64,000 nucleotides of DNA. Source: Setoptus koraiensis (Eukaryota > Animalia > Arthropoda). The notes below the pieces were generated by a model, which was not told the origin of the DNA, did not search any database, and saw only the letters and a program-made list of their open reading frames with translations. Below, one piece after another: positions 1 to 12,844 of this stretch; position 1 is the stretch's first letter; the number at the start of each line of letters is the position of its first letter. The stretch lies in NCBI GenBank assembly GCA_048013815.1, contig CM106586.1:6882001-6946000 (forward strand). Direction: 5' to 3'. A program made the translations under genes and the position numbers.

Positions 1-696
1 GCGGGGGTGACATACGCGCAAACGACACGCGAACAAGGCTGCCCGTTTCATTAGTAATAATAAATATACAGACGGGGCCCCATTGATACGAGCTCATGTA
101 TAATCAATGGCGTTGTTGCGACGGCCAACGTTTGCCGTCTGGCGCGCGCTGCTCGCTTTGCGCGTGCCGCTGTGTGGCGCCCTGTCCGCTCGCGTCGCAC
201 AATATGTGCCAATCAGCGCACTGTCCGGCCGCCGACGCTGCATAATACCGCCGGGCAATACCGGGCGAATACCGCGCACCCCCACCAAACAACCGACCAT
301 TTACCGCTGCCGCTCAGCTATTATGGTCCGGCCAGCTCGGGATTGCTGCGGCCGCACGGATTATCCGCTGTGTGCGTCTTGCGCGCATCGCGATTTGCCA
401 CCAGAAAAGGGGCCCCACAGCCAACGGTGCGCCCATTGGTCAGCTCGGTACTGGTCGGCTCGGTAGTGGTCAGCTCGGCTCGGCCAGCGGTCAGCGACCG
501 GCCGCGCGAGCGCAGCGGTGGCCAGGCGGCACACGTGCCGCCCGCGCGGCCCGCCGACTGGATCAATATGGTCGGTCGGGCAAGATCCAGTGACCAGCGG
601 CCAGTGGCCAGAGCTTTTCTCGCTTGCCAGTGCGCGCTGTGGTCACCGCAGGAGAAAGTCGACAAAGACACTTGTCATAACTCACGCACGTCGGTG

Positions 697-860
697 TCGT
701 CGTCGTTGTTATTGTCGCGGTTGTCGTGTTGTTGTTGTTGTTGCCGCTGCGGTTGTTGTTGTTGTCGCGGTTGTCGTTGTTGTTGTGTCGTTGTTGTTGT
801 CGCTGCGGTTGTTGTTGCTGTCGTTGTCGTGTTGTTGTTGTGTTGTTGTTGTTGCTGTCG
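697..860. repeat. Degenerate (GTT/GTC)n trinucleotide low-complexity tract
   Basis: Run of gttgttgtt/gtcgtt units; it generates several overlapping poly-V/C/Q/T ORFs in the ORF track. Confidence 0.9.
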
Positions 861-2800
861 CGGTTTTTGTAGTTGCAACCACCGATGTATTAGTAGTTGC
901 ACATTGTATGCAAACTGTCAAGCTGGCCCCTGTTGTCGGCGCCAGCAAGCTAAATTAAATAGTTATTGCCGGCCAGTCTCACTGTCAGCTTATGCAATAT
1001 GGTTAAGCTGGCCGAAGTGAGTGTTGTGTGGCACGTAAACAGCGCCGCCAGACGGCCAGTCATTTGGAGTTGTGCACTTGTGTCCAAATAACTGCCGGTC
1101 CGCTGGTCGTGCACTGGTCACTAGTGGGCGCTGGTCGCGCACTGGTCACTCGTGGGCGCTGGCCACCAGCTCTGGTGGCCAGTGGAGGAGAGAAAATTTT
1201 TGCGCTTGGCTTGACAGCGGCCGACACAGCGACAAAGTGCACAAAGCCACAAAGCTGCAACTTATAGCGGGCGCCGGGCCCCAAACGGATCCTCTGAGCG
1301 ACAAGTGGCCGCTTAAGAGATCAAAATGGCGAAATGGCAGCGCCCGGCCTCAGTGGAGAGACTTAAAAACGCCATCGTGCCCGCGGACAAAATCAGCGGA
1401 CCAGCCGCAACAACAACAATGTCCGAATGTATGAATATTGGTCGGCCGACCGGGCCCAAATACAACCGTTGGCGTGGTAAAATAAAACCAGATTGTCATG
1501 GGGGCGCTCGCCAGAGAAAAAGCCCAGAAAAGTTGTTACGTTTGCGACTTTACCAGGCTGGCCAGTGGCACAGACAGCGCCAACAACGACAACAAATGCG
1601 ATAATAGCGACAGTGGCGAGCGGCTGTCATAGGAAACCGTTATGTGCTGGCGATGGGGGCCCGTCGGAACTGGCGCCACGAGTGGGGCCCGCGCTGGCCA
1701 CAACTGACCAGCTGGACAATGCGTGCGGCCCGCTCGCTCGCTCGTGATGATGCGCTGGCCGCCAATACGGACCGCGAGCCGCTGAATTCATTGGGCTCGG
1801 CTCGGCTCGGCTTAAAATGAACAATGTCATGAGATGAGATTTATGTTGCGTCACAACAGAGCGCACAACAACGTTAGAACGTGATTTTATTTTATCATGC
1901 AACCGCCGGCCGCCGCTATAACAGCCGGCCGCCATGTCGTGGCCGGAATATGAATCCCTCATCTCCTTTCATTTGTGCCCATCGTCGTTGTTCTGTTCTG
2001 TTCTGTTGTGGCCTGGCCTGGCCTGGCCCGGCCCGGCGCACGCGGCCCACAAAAACGGGGCCCCACGACGCGAGCTCTACAACGCGAGCTCTACAACGCG
2101 AGCCCCACAAAAAGGGCCCCACGAGGGCCCCACAAGCGGCCAGTTGCACGAGCCGCCGAGTAGCACAAAAAACAAGAGCGCCAAACACGGCGCATCAATT
2201 GATATCATTGCGCTGGCCTCTATTAACTGTGGCGCTTCTATTTTTGTGTTTATTATTATAAAGAACACGATATAATAATAACTGTGCCGTTCATCGGGCC
2301 GTCATGGCCCCCGACGACGACGACAACAGCAGCGGCACCAGCGGCACCAGCGGCAACAACGCCAACAACAACTACAACAGCAACGACGAGCATAGCGACA
2401 ACAACCTAGCGACAGCAGTCGCACCGACAACAACCCTAGCGACAACAATGGGCCCACGATGAATGGCCGGCCCCGGCAATAAACATGAGCGTGTAAACGG
2501 GCCCCATACACGGCCAGTATGTATGGGCAGCAGCAAGTCGCCCAATTGAAATGAATAACTCTCTGGCAAAACTTTTAATGGGGCCCACAATCAAAAGTTG
2601 CCAGTCGCCAACGGCGCTATACGCACACGCAATCGAGCATTGTTGGCTGGCTGGCTGGCCCCCTCACTGGCACTGGCACGGGCACCGGCACAAAATTGAC
2701 ACAATATGCGGCCATACTGAACGTTGTCACAAAACAATGGCCCCTCCCCCCTCCCACACCAACCCTAATAACCGGCTGGGGCCCGTTGGCTGGCGGGCTC

Positions 2801-2867
2801 GACAATGTCGCCGGACCGACAGTGTCGCCGGACCGACAGTGTCGCCGGACCGACAATGTCGCCGGAC
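2801..2867. repeat. 17-nt minisatellite x4
   Basis: Unit GACA(A/G)TGTCGCCGGACC repeated head to tail. Confidence 0.9.
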
Positions 2868-4924
2868 AGTGTTCGTGCCGCGGGCACTCACATTGTTTGT
2901 GATCCAATGTGCGCGCCCATTGTTCTGGCCAGTTTTGCACATACGCGCCGCGTATGATACGCTTACGTAATACCGGCCTCATGTATAATAATCTGGCCGT
3001 TGTGAGGCCAAGTCGCAAAGTGTTCGCGGCTGGGGCCACCAAACAACAATTGCGCCCCCTCCAATTTGCACCCACAATCACGTGGCATTCATGATTTATC
3101 TTCATTACTTAATAACAACATGAAACAAATGACGATAATGCGCTACATGTTGTATTTGTTGTAAGTTATCTTGTCGCCGGTCATTCGGCCGCCCGCTTCA
3201 ACGGGCTCGCTCCAGCGGGGCCGCCTCAACGGGACCGCTCCAGCGGGACCGCCTCAACGGGACCGCCCCAGCAAGACCGCTTCGGCGGGGTCGCGCGTTT
3301 CATGCGCGCCCTACGAGCATACGGCGCGGCATTTTGTGACGCGGCTCAGCGGACCGTTTGCGCGCCTGTCGGGCATTCAGTCTGGCGGCCCGATGCCATT
3401 ACTGCGGTCGCATTCCACTCGGCGCGATATTGCCCGACCAGCATAGCGATATTCGCTGGCATGATGCCCGTCCGGGCCGGCCGCACTGTGAGCGAGTCGG
3501 GCCCGATGATTGCGTTAACGCATTGTTTGGTCGGTTATGTCGCCACTGGTCGCCGGTGCGCGCCAGCCAAACAGCGGCGAACCGGTCGACGGGCGGCGTA
3601 GGTAGCGGCGCAACGGGCCCCGAAATTAAATTAAATTGAATATTGCATGGCATAATCCGGTGATTGCTATTGACGGCGCGCTGGCCGGCAGCCGCTGATG
3701 GACATAATAATGACAGCTCGGGCTGGCCGACATTGCGGGCAAATATTCAATTGTGTTGGCGTTTGTTTTGTTGAAAAATACCGCATAATGCCCATTGAAT
3801 ATGTAATACTATATTTATATTTATACGTATATGCGAGCGCATTATCTGGCCACGTCGCATAGCTCGCGATTGGCGATTGGCGAGTCGCGAGTCGCGATGA
3901 TGAGCTTACGTAGCTCGCGAGTCGCGACAACTAATGGGGCCCGTGCAGCCAGCAGCATACTGATGGCGCAAATATGCGCATCATTGATAATTTATTCACA
4001 CCTATCAGAAACAAAGCGCCCCCATTGTTGCTCTCTAAAATCACACATGCACTTAAAATGGGGCCCCGTGTGGGCCCCAGTCATTGAGACAATTGCTGCT
4101 TGCAATTGTGCGCTGGCTAGCCAGCGCACCAGTTGACACAGTTGACAGAGTGTTGTTAGTCTCGCCATGTTGGCTATGCTGCACATTACAACATTCAACA
4201 CAACGTGACGTAACAAGGCCAACTGGTGCGACAAGAATACAACAAGACAGCTGAGCGGATAAACAAATTACCGTCAAATTTTGCACACAACAACGGCCGC
4301 CACTACAACAACCAGTGGCCCGGGGGCCCCACACACACACATACACGTGTATGCGGATGATGTACGCACTAGGCACGCCAGGCGAGACTGGAGAGATAAA
4401 TCAAGTGAATCATGCATTCCGACAAGTGGGCCCCAACAATAGTGAGCAAACAAATTGGTTGCACAATGTATGTACATATATATGTGCATGTTATGTTGCG
4501 CAATAATAAACGGTCGCGCAACAATAAAACAATAGACAAAGCACAGTTATGTGGGCCCATTTGTGAGCAATTATCATAAATAAACTTTAAACTTTGTACA
4601 GTTTAATAGTGGATTAAATTTACATAACTTTATGATGATAATGGCAAGCGGCAGTCGAAACGACGTTTAGTGCACCATTTTAATTTTGGCGCCCTTGTCA
4701 TTAGTTCCCTTACAGTGTATTACATAACTATTACATAACATTGGGGCCCCTTGTATGTGAGGAATGTGATTTTCGCTTATTTTTACATTACGGCCATGAT
4801 GATGATGATGTCTGTGTCTGACATTGTGAGTGTGTATGCATGACCAACAATGATGATGTGATCGTTGTAATTATCCGGATAAAGCTGGCACACAGCGCAC
4901 CAGTGGCCACCCCAAACGCGGTGC

Positions 4925-5026
4925 CCGCTCGCCCGCTTGCTAATGCCCGGCCCGCTCGCCTGCTAATGCCCGGCCGCTCGCTTGCCAGCGCCCGGCCGCT
5001 CGCTTGCCAGCGCCCGGCCGCTCGCT
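4925..5026. repeat. ~21-nt GC-rich minisatellite x4-5
   Basis: Units such as GCCCGGCCGCTCGCTTGCCAG, degenerating toward the 5' side. Confidence 0.8.
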
Positions 5027-5633
5027 TGTAGACAGCTTAATGGTCGCGCTCACGCTAAATGTTTTGATGGTTTTTTTAATGGCTTTTATGGGGGCACCGG
5101 GTGTGTGCGAAAGTGTGAAGTTAAAAAGTCCGCTCTATCTTTATCTTTACGTAAGTCGCCAGCGAACCAGTGGGCCCGGCACGGCGCCCAGTCGGCGCGC
5201 CATGCGGCCATGATGAATGATGGACGAACGGAGCCCTCGCGTCGCGACTTTGTCCGCGTCGAGCTATATATAACCGGTCCGAGTCGACAAACGGATCTAT
5301 TTCGAAGCGGCGCGATCTGTTGCGAAGCGGCTCGATATGTTGCGAAGCGGTGCGCGGATAATTTCAGCCAAATTGTAAATGTGCCTCCGTGGAGACAGTG
5401 TGCCGGGCATCGTTTTATCGGCGCACCTGGCCACCTCTTGTCGTTTGGGGCTCGTTTGGGGCCGAGTCGTCGTCAGCAGCAACAGATAGCAGCTCTCGCG
5501 GGTGTTCACCCAAACGCACCAACGGACCACGCAGACTGCGGGGCCGGCAATCGGAGATTCGAGCCGGGCTACTTGTTAGCCCGTTAGCTACCGCCGGCCT
5601 ACAACTCAATTGTGGTTGCAGTTTCTCTTTTCG

Positions 5634-5727
5634 AAATTCGAAGCTCGGAGTTACAAACTCGAGGCTCGACGACCGAGGCTCGAAGTTAGAAACGCGAGGC
5701 TCGAAGTTAGAAACGCAAGGCTCGAAG
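5634..5727. repeat. 21-nt minisatellite
   Basis: CGAGGCTCGAAGTTAGAAACG repeated, with degenerate flanking copies. Confidence 0.8.
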
Positions 5728-6220
5728 CGGGCCCATTTATGATGGCGACGATGATAACAACGGCGAGATACGGTAACGACGGCCCGGCCATTTATTATAT
5801 TGGGCCCCTGGCTGGCGCGCTGGCCGGCGATAGCATCACGACGAAAATAACGACGGGCCAACAAAAAGCAACAACAAAAACAATGGATGCAGCAAGCAAT
5901 GATGTATGTAAACTCGCGCCGGCCAACAATTGTACAATCGTTGTAAATGTCGCTTTGAGGGCGCCCCTTTAAATACTAGAAACAAAACAATGGGATGCGA
6001 CGGGAGCACAATCGATCAATCGGAATTATCAGGCCACCACCGTCAACTCGCCGCGTTCAACTTGCCATTTTCGACTTGCCATTTTCGACTTGCCATTTTC
6101 AACTTGCTACTCCGAGCCGCTGCGAGGGCCCCAAAACAAAAGAATCATAATTTACATAATGCCTGCCAAGTCGTGCGAACGTGCATGCAAACCAAACACA
6201 CACTCTGAGAAATAACGCGC

Positions 6221-6260
6221 CAAACCTAGCCAAATCTAGCCAAATCTAGCCAAATCTAGC
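6221..6260. repeat. 10-nt tandem repeat x4
   Basis: CCAAA(C/T)CTAG units. Confidence 0.85.
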
Positions 6261-6875
6261 GAGAGTTGTCTGAAGTGGCAACTGTAAACTGTTGGTGATA
6301 TATGGCCACGCGGGCCCGCTAATGGTTCGGGCCACTCTCGCCGTTTCCCCCAAGTCGTCGAGTCGGCGAGTCGAGTCGGCGAGTCAAGTTGGCGAGTCAA
6401 GCCGGCGAGTCAAGTGCCCCAATCCGGCCCCTGACAGTCGGACTGTGATTGGCGGGTCCGATTAACTTGAGAACTTCACAGTATGAAGTTCATACTGCGT
6501 GTATGAAGTTCACAGTCGGATACTGTCCGACTGTGGACTGGCAGCGCGACTAGTGTGCTGTTATCCAGATTAAACTCAACGTTGGGCCGTTTATCCAGTG
6601 CGATGATGTTGTGTTTGACCCAACGAACGCCAGTCGTACAAAAATGCCCGACAAGAGGAGAATTGAAACTGGCACCGACTTATCTCAGCCGATCTCTGCA
6701 ACGTTGAGCGATGAAAAGCCGAGTATCGTGATTTGTTAATAGACACCGTCACTGTTCCATTGATATCACTGTTTTATTAATATCAAATCAGCGATCTCTT
6801 TCCGGCCGCCAGCCAATGTCCGCGCTATCTGTACGCTGGCCAAGCTTGCATTTGCAAATGACGGCCTTTCACAAT

Positions 6876-6967
6876 TCGGACGCTTCGTTTCGGAATTCGA
6901 ACGCTCCGTTTCGAGGCTCGAACGCTTTGTTTCGAGGCTTGAACGCTTTGTTTGGCAACTCGAACGC
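6876..6967. repeat. 21-nt minisatellite
   Basis: (T/C)TCGAACGCTTTGTTTCGAGG-like units x4. Confidence 0.8.
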
Positions 6968-7410
6968 GGCTTGCGATCCCATTCGGTGGCACCGTGAGAG
7001 CGATTGACGTAGATGGGGCCGCCATTATGGTTATGTGCCCACGATAACGGCGGTAATGGTGGCACACACACACACAATCCGACGGTTTGCAAACATTGCA
7101 ACATCAATCAGATCAATTCTTCGCTGGCGCAAAGATTGATACGTGCCGCTAAATAAAAAAGAAGCCAACCAATGGCACAACTTTCACTTTTGTTTTTACA
7201 TTTATATTCAAGTTACATAACACACTCACTGGCATGTTACGTAACTAGACAGACACACTGGGCCAATCTAGTCACTAGATTCTAGTGTCGACAGCACGAC
7301 ATTCACGCGACTTTGGCGCGCTCCGTCTGGCCGTCGACTCGACACAGTCGACACATCGGTAGTCAATACTGTCTGACGGAATCTATCATTCTACCATCAA
7401 CGATGAGCTG

Positions 7411-7484
7411 GTGTGTGTGTGCGTGTGTGTGTGTGTGCGTGTGTGTGTGTGTGTGCGTGTGTGTGTGTGCGTGTGTGTGTGTGT
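7411..7484. repeat. (GT)n/(GTGC) microsatellite
   Basis: Directly visible. Confidence 0.95.
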
Positions 7485-8020
7485 TGGGGGGGGGGCGCAC
7501 GTTTGAGGCGGCCCCAGTTGTCAGTGTTATCAGTCAGTGGATGCGCATAAAATGCCTCATACTCGCACGCTATCCGCTTATCGAATTCGAGCCAGCCCGA
7601 GCCAGCCCGAGCCAGCCAGTTTCTTTGGGGCCCCCTTTTTAAGCTGCCACGTGAAACACGCACAGCACATAGCACAAACAACAAATGATTTCCTCGGCTC
7701 TCGCTAGCACGTGTTATATTGGGCCAGCGTGGTGCGCCCGTGATGCATGGGGGCCGAATTCGGTGGGACCCAAATTGATTCAACTGATTCAGTTTGAATC
7801 AATTTAAATCAATAAGAGCAGCTATGGCGCCGCCAGCAGCACCAGCAACGGCAACATTTGGGGCTAGGTAGGCCCCGTTGAAATATGGAAATGAGCGTGA
7901 ATTTGGTGGCACTGAGTCAGTGCCACTGAGGCATCGTTTATATTATCATCGTAAGAGTTGCCACGTGTTGTGCAACGGTGCAGAGAGTAAATATTGTTGC
8001 GCAACATACAACAACAACAA

Positions 8021-8055
<35 letters not shown>

Positions 8056-9750
8056 ACAACAGCAAACAACACACAACAAAAGCAGCCCACCGTGTTATCT
8101 CAACTATCTATATATTACATAATATACAGACAGACAGTAGTCGCTTGTTTTTGTCTGTTAGGCGACAAGTGGGGCGCCGTTGCCCAGTCAATTGTTGTTA
8201 ATCTAATTCAAGCTATTGTGCAGTTAGCATTGGCAGCGTGTGTGAGTGGCCCCTCGGCCCGCTGGCCTTGAGCCGGCCGCAGCGACAATAATCATTTAAT
8301 CGTTTGTAACACGTCACAGCAACGGTTAAACTATTTAATTCAAGCCCTGTCAGTGATTGCCGGCCCCACTCAATTTGTGCGCCCTGTGCAGTTACATAAC
8401 AATAATTGGCCGACATAACTGTGCAGGCGCGAACACAGTGACTCGGGCCGTCGAGCGGACTGTCGCGCGGACTCGCGCGGACTGTCGAGCGGACTCGCGC
8501 GGACTGTCGAGCGGACTCTGCCGAGTGGAGACAAACCAACAGAGCCGGGTCCCGTCACGAGCGGCCGCCCGCGCCGGGTCCGGCGCCGTGCTCGCGACGT
8601 ACATGAATGTCACAACAGTTCACAACAAGCGGAACGATGCCTGAAATGGCCAGTGCCGCCGACAGTCCATATCAAATGTCGGGCCGAATGGAGGGGCCGC
8701 CCGCTGAAAAGTTTGTAACTGTGTATTGTGGCTGTGGTCCAGTGCTGTGTGTGTGGGTGTGATTGCAGTATATAAATGCTAAAACGGGCGCTTGATATAT
8801 GGCCCGCAGTTGAGTGGCGCCGCAAGTTAGTTGTCTGGCCGTTGTGTGGCCGCCGGGCCGGCGGGTCCCCAAACGGCGGGCGCAACCAAACATACAATCT
8901 AATTGCGACTCGCAAGTCGTTGCTGACAAGTGTTGACCAGTCATGGCGCACGCTGTCCGCCCTTCAAATGCTGATGACACTAGAGATAAGTTTGGTTTGG
9001 GCACCGAGTTGAATTTAATGTCGTCGTATAAAAGAACCAGCGAGAGAAAAAAGCAACTAGCTCGATAACAAAATTATAGTTGATGAGTTTTTTAGGATGG
9101 CAGTGGCTGTTTCGCTGTGCGCGAAATGGCCATTGCAATCGTTTAAAAGTGCGCCCCACCAAATAAATGATTGTTTCCTCTTTGGCCCCTTATGCTCATT
9201 TGGCCAGCTCAGTAGCCAGCGCCAATCTCTCATTTGGTGCCGATTTTTTGGGGCGCGCGCACTGTCTGGCCGCAACCGCTGTCCATCTAAACTTGTCGAC
9301 ACACTGCTGCCAGCGGATTACACCCAAAATGCAGCGTATTATTATTGTTTTCCACTGGGCAGCACATCGGGCGCAGCGCAACGCAACGCGACACGACAAG
9401 CAGCAAAAAGTGAACGAACACGGCACTTCCGGTCACTGTCGGGGCCACGCAATAATAGGTATTGGTTGGGCAAACTTGGCACGGCTGGTTGACTGGTTGT
9501 TTCGGGTGGCGTGCGCGGGCAACGGCCTCGAACAGCCACCGATGGCATTTGTTTTATTTTATTTTATGAATTTGGCCAGTTTGGCTAGCCAACCGGCGAC
9601 GGAGATATATTGGGCGGCTCACATTCGGAACATGTCGGCTACATGTACAGAAATTGAAATACACATTTCTCATGGAGTGGATCCCGTTGTGGCCTTATGA
9701 ATAAGCCGGTTGCGGCGGCCAGCCGGCTATGGCGGCTAGGTTTTGGCCAG

Positions 9751-9780
9751 CGGCCAGTGGTCAGCGCTGACCACTGGCCG
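9751..9780. repeat. Perfect 30-bp palindrome
   Basis: CGGCCAGTGGTCAGCGCTGACCACTGGCCG equals its own reverse complement. Confidence 0.95.
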
Positions 9781-10705
9781 AGATCAGCGCTGGCCAGCGG
9801 CCGAAATCAGCAAGCCACAGCTAATTGAAGGGGCCCGAGTGCGCGGGGATAATGATCATCAATCACGGCCACCTTGCCACTTCAAGGCGACTCGGCATTC
9901 TTCTGACATAACGTTGCAATTAATCAGTGGCCGCCGCGCTGCATGTCGGCCGTTCTCGAGTTACTGGCGGCGCCGTCGGCCGACCAGTAACCGACTAACC
10001 AATGTGTGTGATTATTATTATTATTATTACTTCTTCGTCAGTTATGTAATCACTCATTGGCGCTTGAGCGAGCGTTGCGCCACCGTGCGAGCGGGCGCCA
10101 CTGACCAGGCGCCACGAGGCGCGGCCAATGTCGGTGGACAGTCGCCATTTGCATGCCCGGGCGATACCGTTTGAAATAGTTGCCCGTGTTTGAAATAGAA
10201 ATCTATCAGCCAATAAGCTGATAGATTTATAAAAATGCATTCGCCAGAGGACGTGCATCATTTATCACTGGCACCAGCTGATGAGCCGCCGCCGGCGGCC
10301 AAAAGATCACTTGCGCGTGTTTGTTTACATTTGTTGGTTGCCTTGTTGACCGGATGTAGTCTAGCCACCGGCCAGCGGGGCCGGCAACAATAATGATTTG
10401 TACCATGGCGACCATGGAGACAAATATAAAACACGCGCAACAACAAATAAGCGAGCCAAATTGAGGCGCCCAAACCAATGGAACGCCTCAATGATCATCA
10501 GGGGGCCCCGGCCGGCATTTCGAGCCGGCGGCCGGCCAGACAGGCGAGCTCAATCTATTTTTAGCAATGGTAATAAATGTACAGCCAGACAGTTGTGAGA
10601 TCCAAGATAATCATTGATGGCGACCAACACAATTGATATTGTGCGCGTCGGCGTTTGTCTCGACACCCGGCGCCACTAAGCTCGCTGGCCACTGGCCACT
10701 GCTCG

Positions 10706-10748
10706 CCAGTCGCCAGTCGCCAGTCGCCAGTCGCCAGTCGCCAGTCGC
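10706..10748. repeat. 7-nt tandem repeat (GCCAGTC)n
   Basis: About six head-to-tail copies. Confidence 0.9.
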
Positions 10749-11446
10749 AATCACATTGTTAGAATGGCCGGCAACAATGGCGAGATTGGCCTCTTTTCCC
10801 CAGATGAACAAAGCGAGCACAATTTCCGTTTCGCGCGCGTTCGCATTTCGCTGCTGTTTCAATTCGCCTTCTATTTGCACCAATGACAGGTCCCTCTGGT
10901 CACCTCTGGCTCCATTGTCCGGCTCGGCCCAACAACAAACTGGACACAGCCCTGGAGACCGCTTGTCTCCCCGGGCCGCTCCCAGACGAGAGAGGGGCTC
11001 CCGTCTGGCGGAGTCTGGGGGCGATTCGCACAAGACGATTTTGGTGATTTTCGCTGGCCCGAAAAAATAAAAACTAAAAATTGCATCGGGCCGCTCGAAA
11101 ACCCACAACGGATAGCCCCGTGCCTACGATAACTGATCTGTAAATCTGCCCAAATGAGATACAACAGCATTTACGGTTGATACGGCAAGATACGAGCCAT
11201 TTCTGGGCGACATTTGTCTGCATTTGTCTCGATATACTGGGTAGATTACTGATAGATACTGACTCTGATATTGCTCGCTCTCGTGGCCACTAGCTCGCGT
11301 TACGCGCGAGTCTCGCCGGCAAGACCGAGGCACGACGAAGAAACGTCATGAGAAGCGTTATTAGTCTGGCGCAAAGAGCTCGCTTCATCTACTTTTTATC
11401 TGCTGAAAATATCACAAATTCTGTAGTCGCCGGTGAGTAGATGAAC

Positions 11447-11503
11447 AGTGACTGTTGTAGTGACTGTTGTGGTGACTGTTGTAGCGACTGTTGTAGTGAC
11501 TGC
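11447..11503. repeat. 12-nt tandem repeat
   Basis: GTGACTGTTGTA-like units x4-5. Confidence 0.85.
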
Positions 11504-12844
11504 AGCGGGGTAGCACGCCGCAATTTGGGGCTCCTCGCTGGGCTCATGCGAGACAATCGTTCATTTGAGCGCGTTTCTTTGGAATGTTGCATTTCAGCTC
11601 GCGTTCATCCGGCCTCCAAAGAGCGATCTTGACGCGCAATATCGTGATTCTGGCGCCAGTGTCACGGCTCGACAGTTACAAATCGACGACAGTATTGTTA
11701 CACAAAACATACATTGAGACATTTCGTTGAGACTGTCGGCTGCTTTGCCCGTGAGCCAGCCGCTCGGATCGGGGCATCTGGCCTCAAACGGGCGCGTAAT
11801 GATGCGTTCAGCTTGTGGCGCCCCAGCGAAGCCTCTTTACATGCTCTATCCCTGAATAGTTTGGGGCCAGGCTAGTTTGAATCGGTTGTGGTTATAGTTC
11901 AATGACTGGCGGCCAGGTGAGCCATTTGCGGATTGTCTCTTGCTACACAATTGCTCATTACTTTTATGTTGCTGTTGTGTTAAGTATAAGCTCACACAGT
12001 GTGGGCCCAGGGGTCGATGAAGAAATAAGAGATAAGTGACGACGTAATGGATTATGAGAACGCCGACGGCGGGGGCGTTCGGCAGCCAGCGCCCTTGGCT
12101 GCTCGCCGGCAGCCAGCGCGGGCCCGATGCTAATAGGGGCCCCATTAATTAGTCACAGTTACATTGTTGTTGGCTGCTGCCGATGCTGCCACCGATGCTG
12201 CACCATCATGTGATGCTGCACCATCATCTGATGCAGCAACCTGATTGCTGCACCGTTTCACCACTGTGCAGCCACAGTGCAGCAACCTGCACACTCAACA
12301 CCAATTAAGCTGTTAGCTATTCAGCGGCACAAACCAGCACTGGCCAGGTGAGGCGCACTGCACGTTACGTAATGATACTAATCGTGAATGTAGGTGAGCC
12401 GTGTATAAGCTCGCTATAGTGTGTCACTGCCAACGAATATCGGCCCCACGAAGCTGACAAATGGCGCCGATACAAAGCAGATGATGATTGTTTGCTTGCT
12501 CGCTTGATGGCAACCAGACAATATATCACACGCCGGCCATGACAGTTACAGTTACAGCTCAGCTCAGATCAGACGCTAATGAAACAATGTGCAACAATGC
12601 GCCTCTCAGCCTCACAGTCTGAGGGGGCCATAATCGGGGCCCCAATTGTGCTCGCCCATTGGCCAAACGGCCAAACGGCCCAACGGCTACCAACGAGCCA
12701 TTCAATAGCATGCTGTTCAATATAACTAATCAGCTGGATTACGCAATAGCAGCTAGCTAGCGTAATGGTGCAAATGTTTATTGGCAAATTGGCTTGCATA
12801 ATAATCATGCTGGACATTAGCTGCAGCGGGTTGCATTCACTCAC

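Noticed and set aside
6569-6590. IKLNVG resembling a KCTD/T1 BTB domain start
   Set aside because: The following residues (PFIQCDD) do not continue the BTB pattern (GG..F.T...TL).
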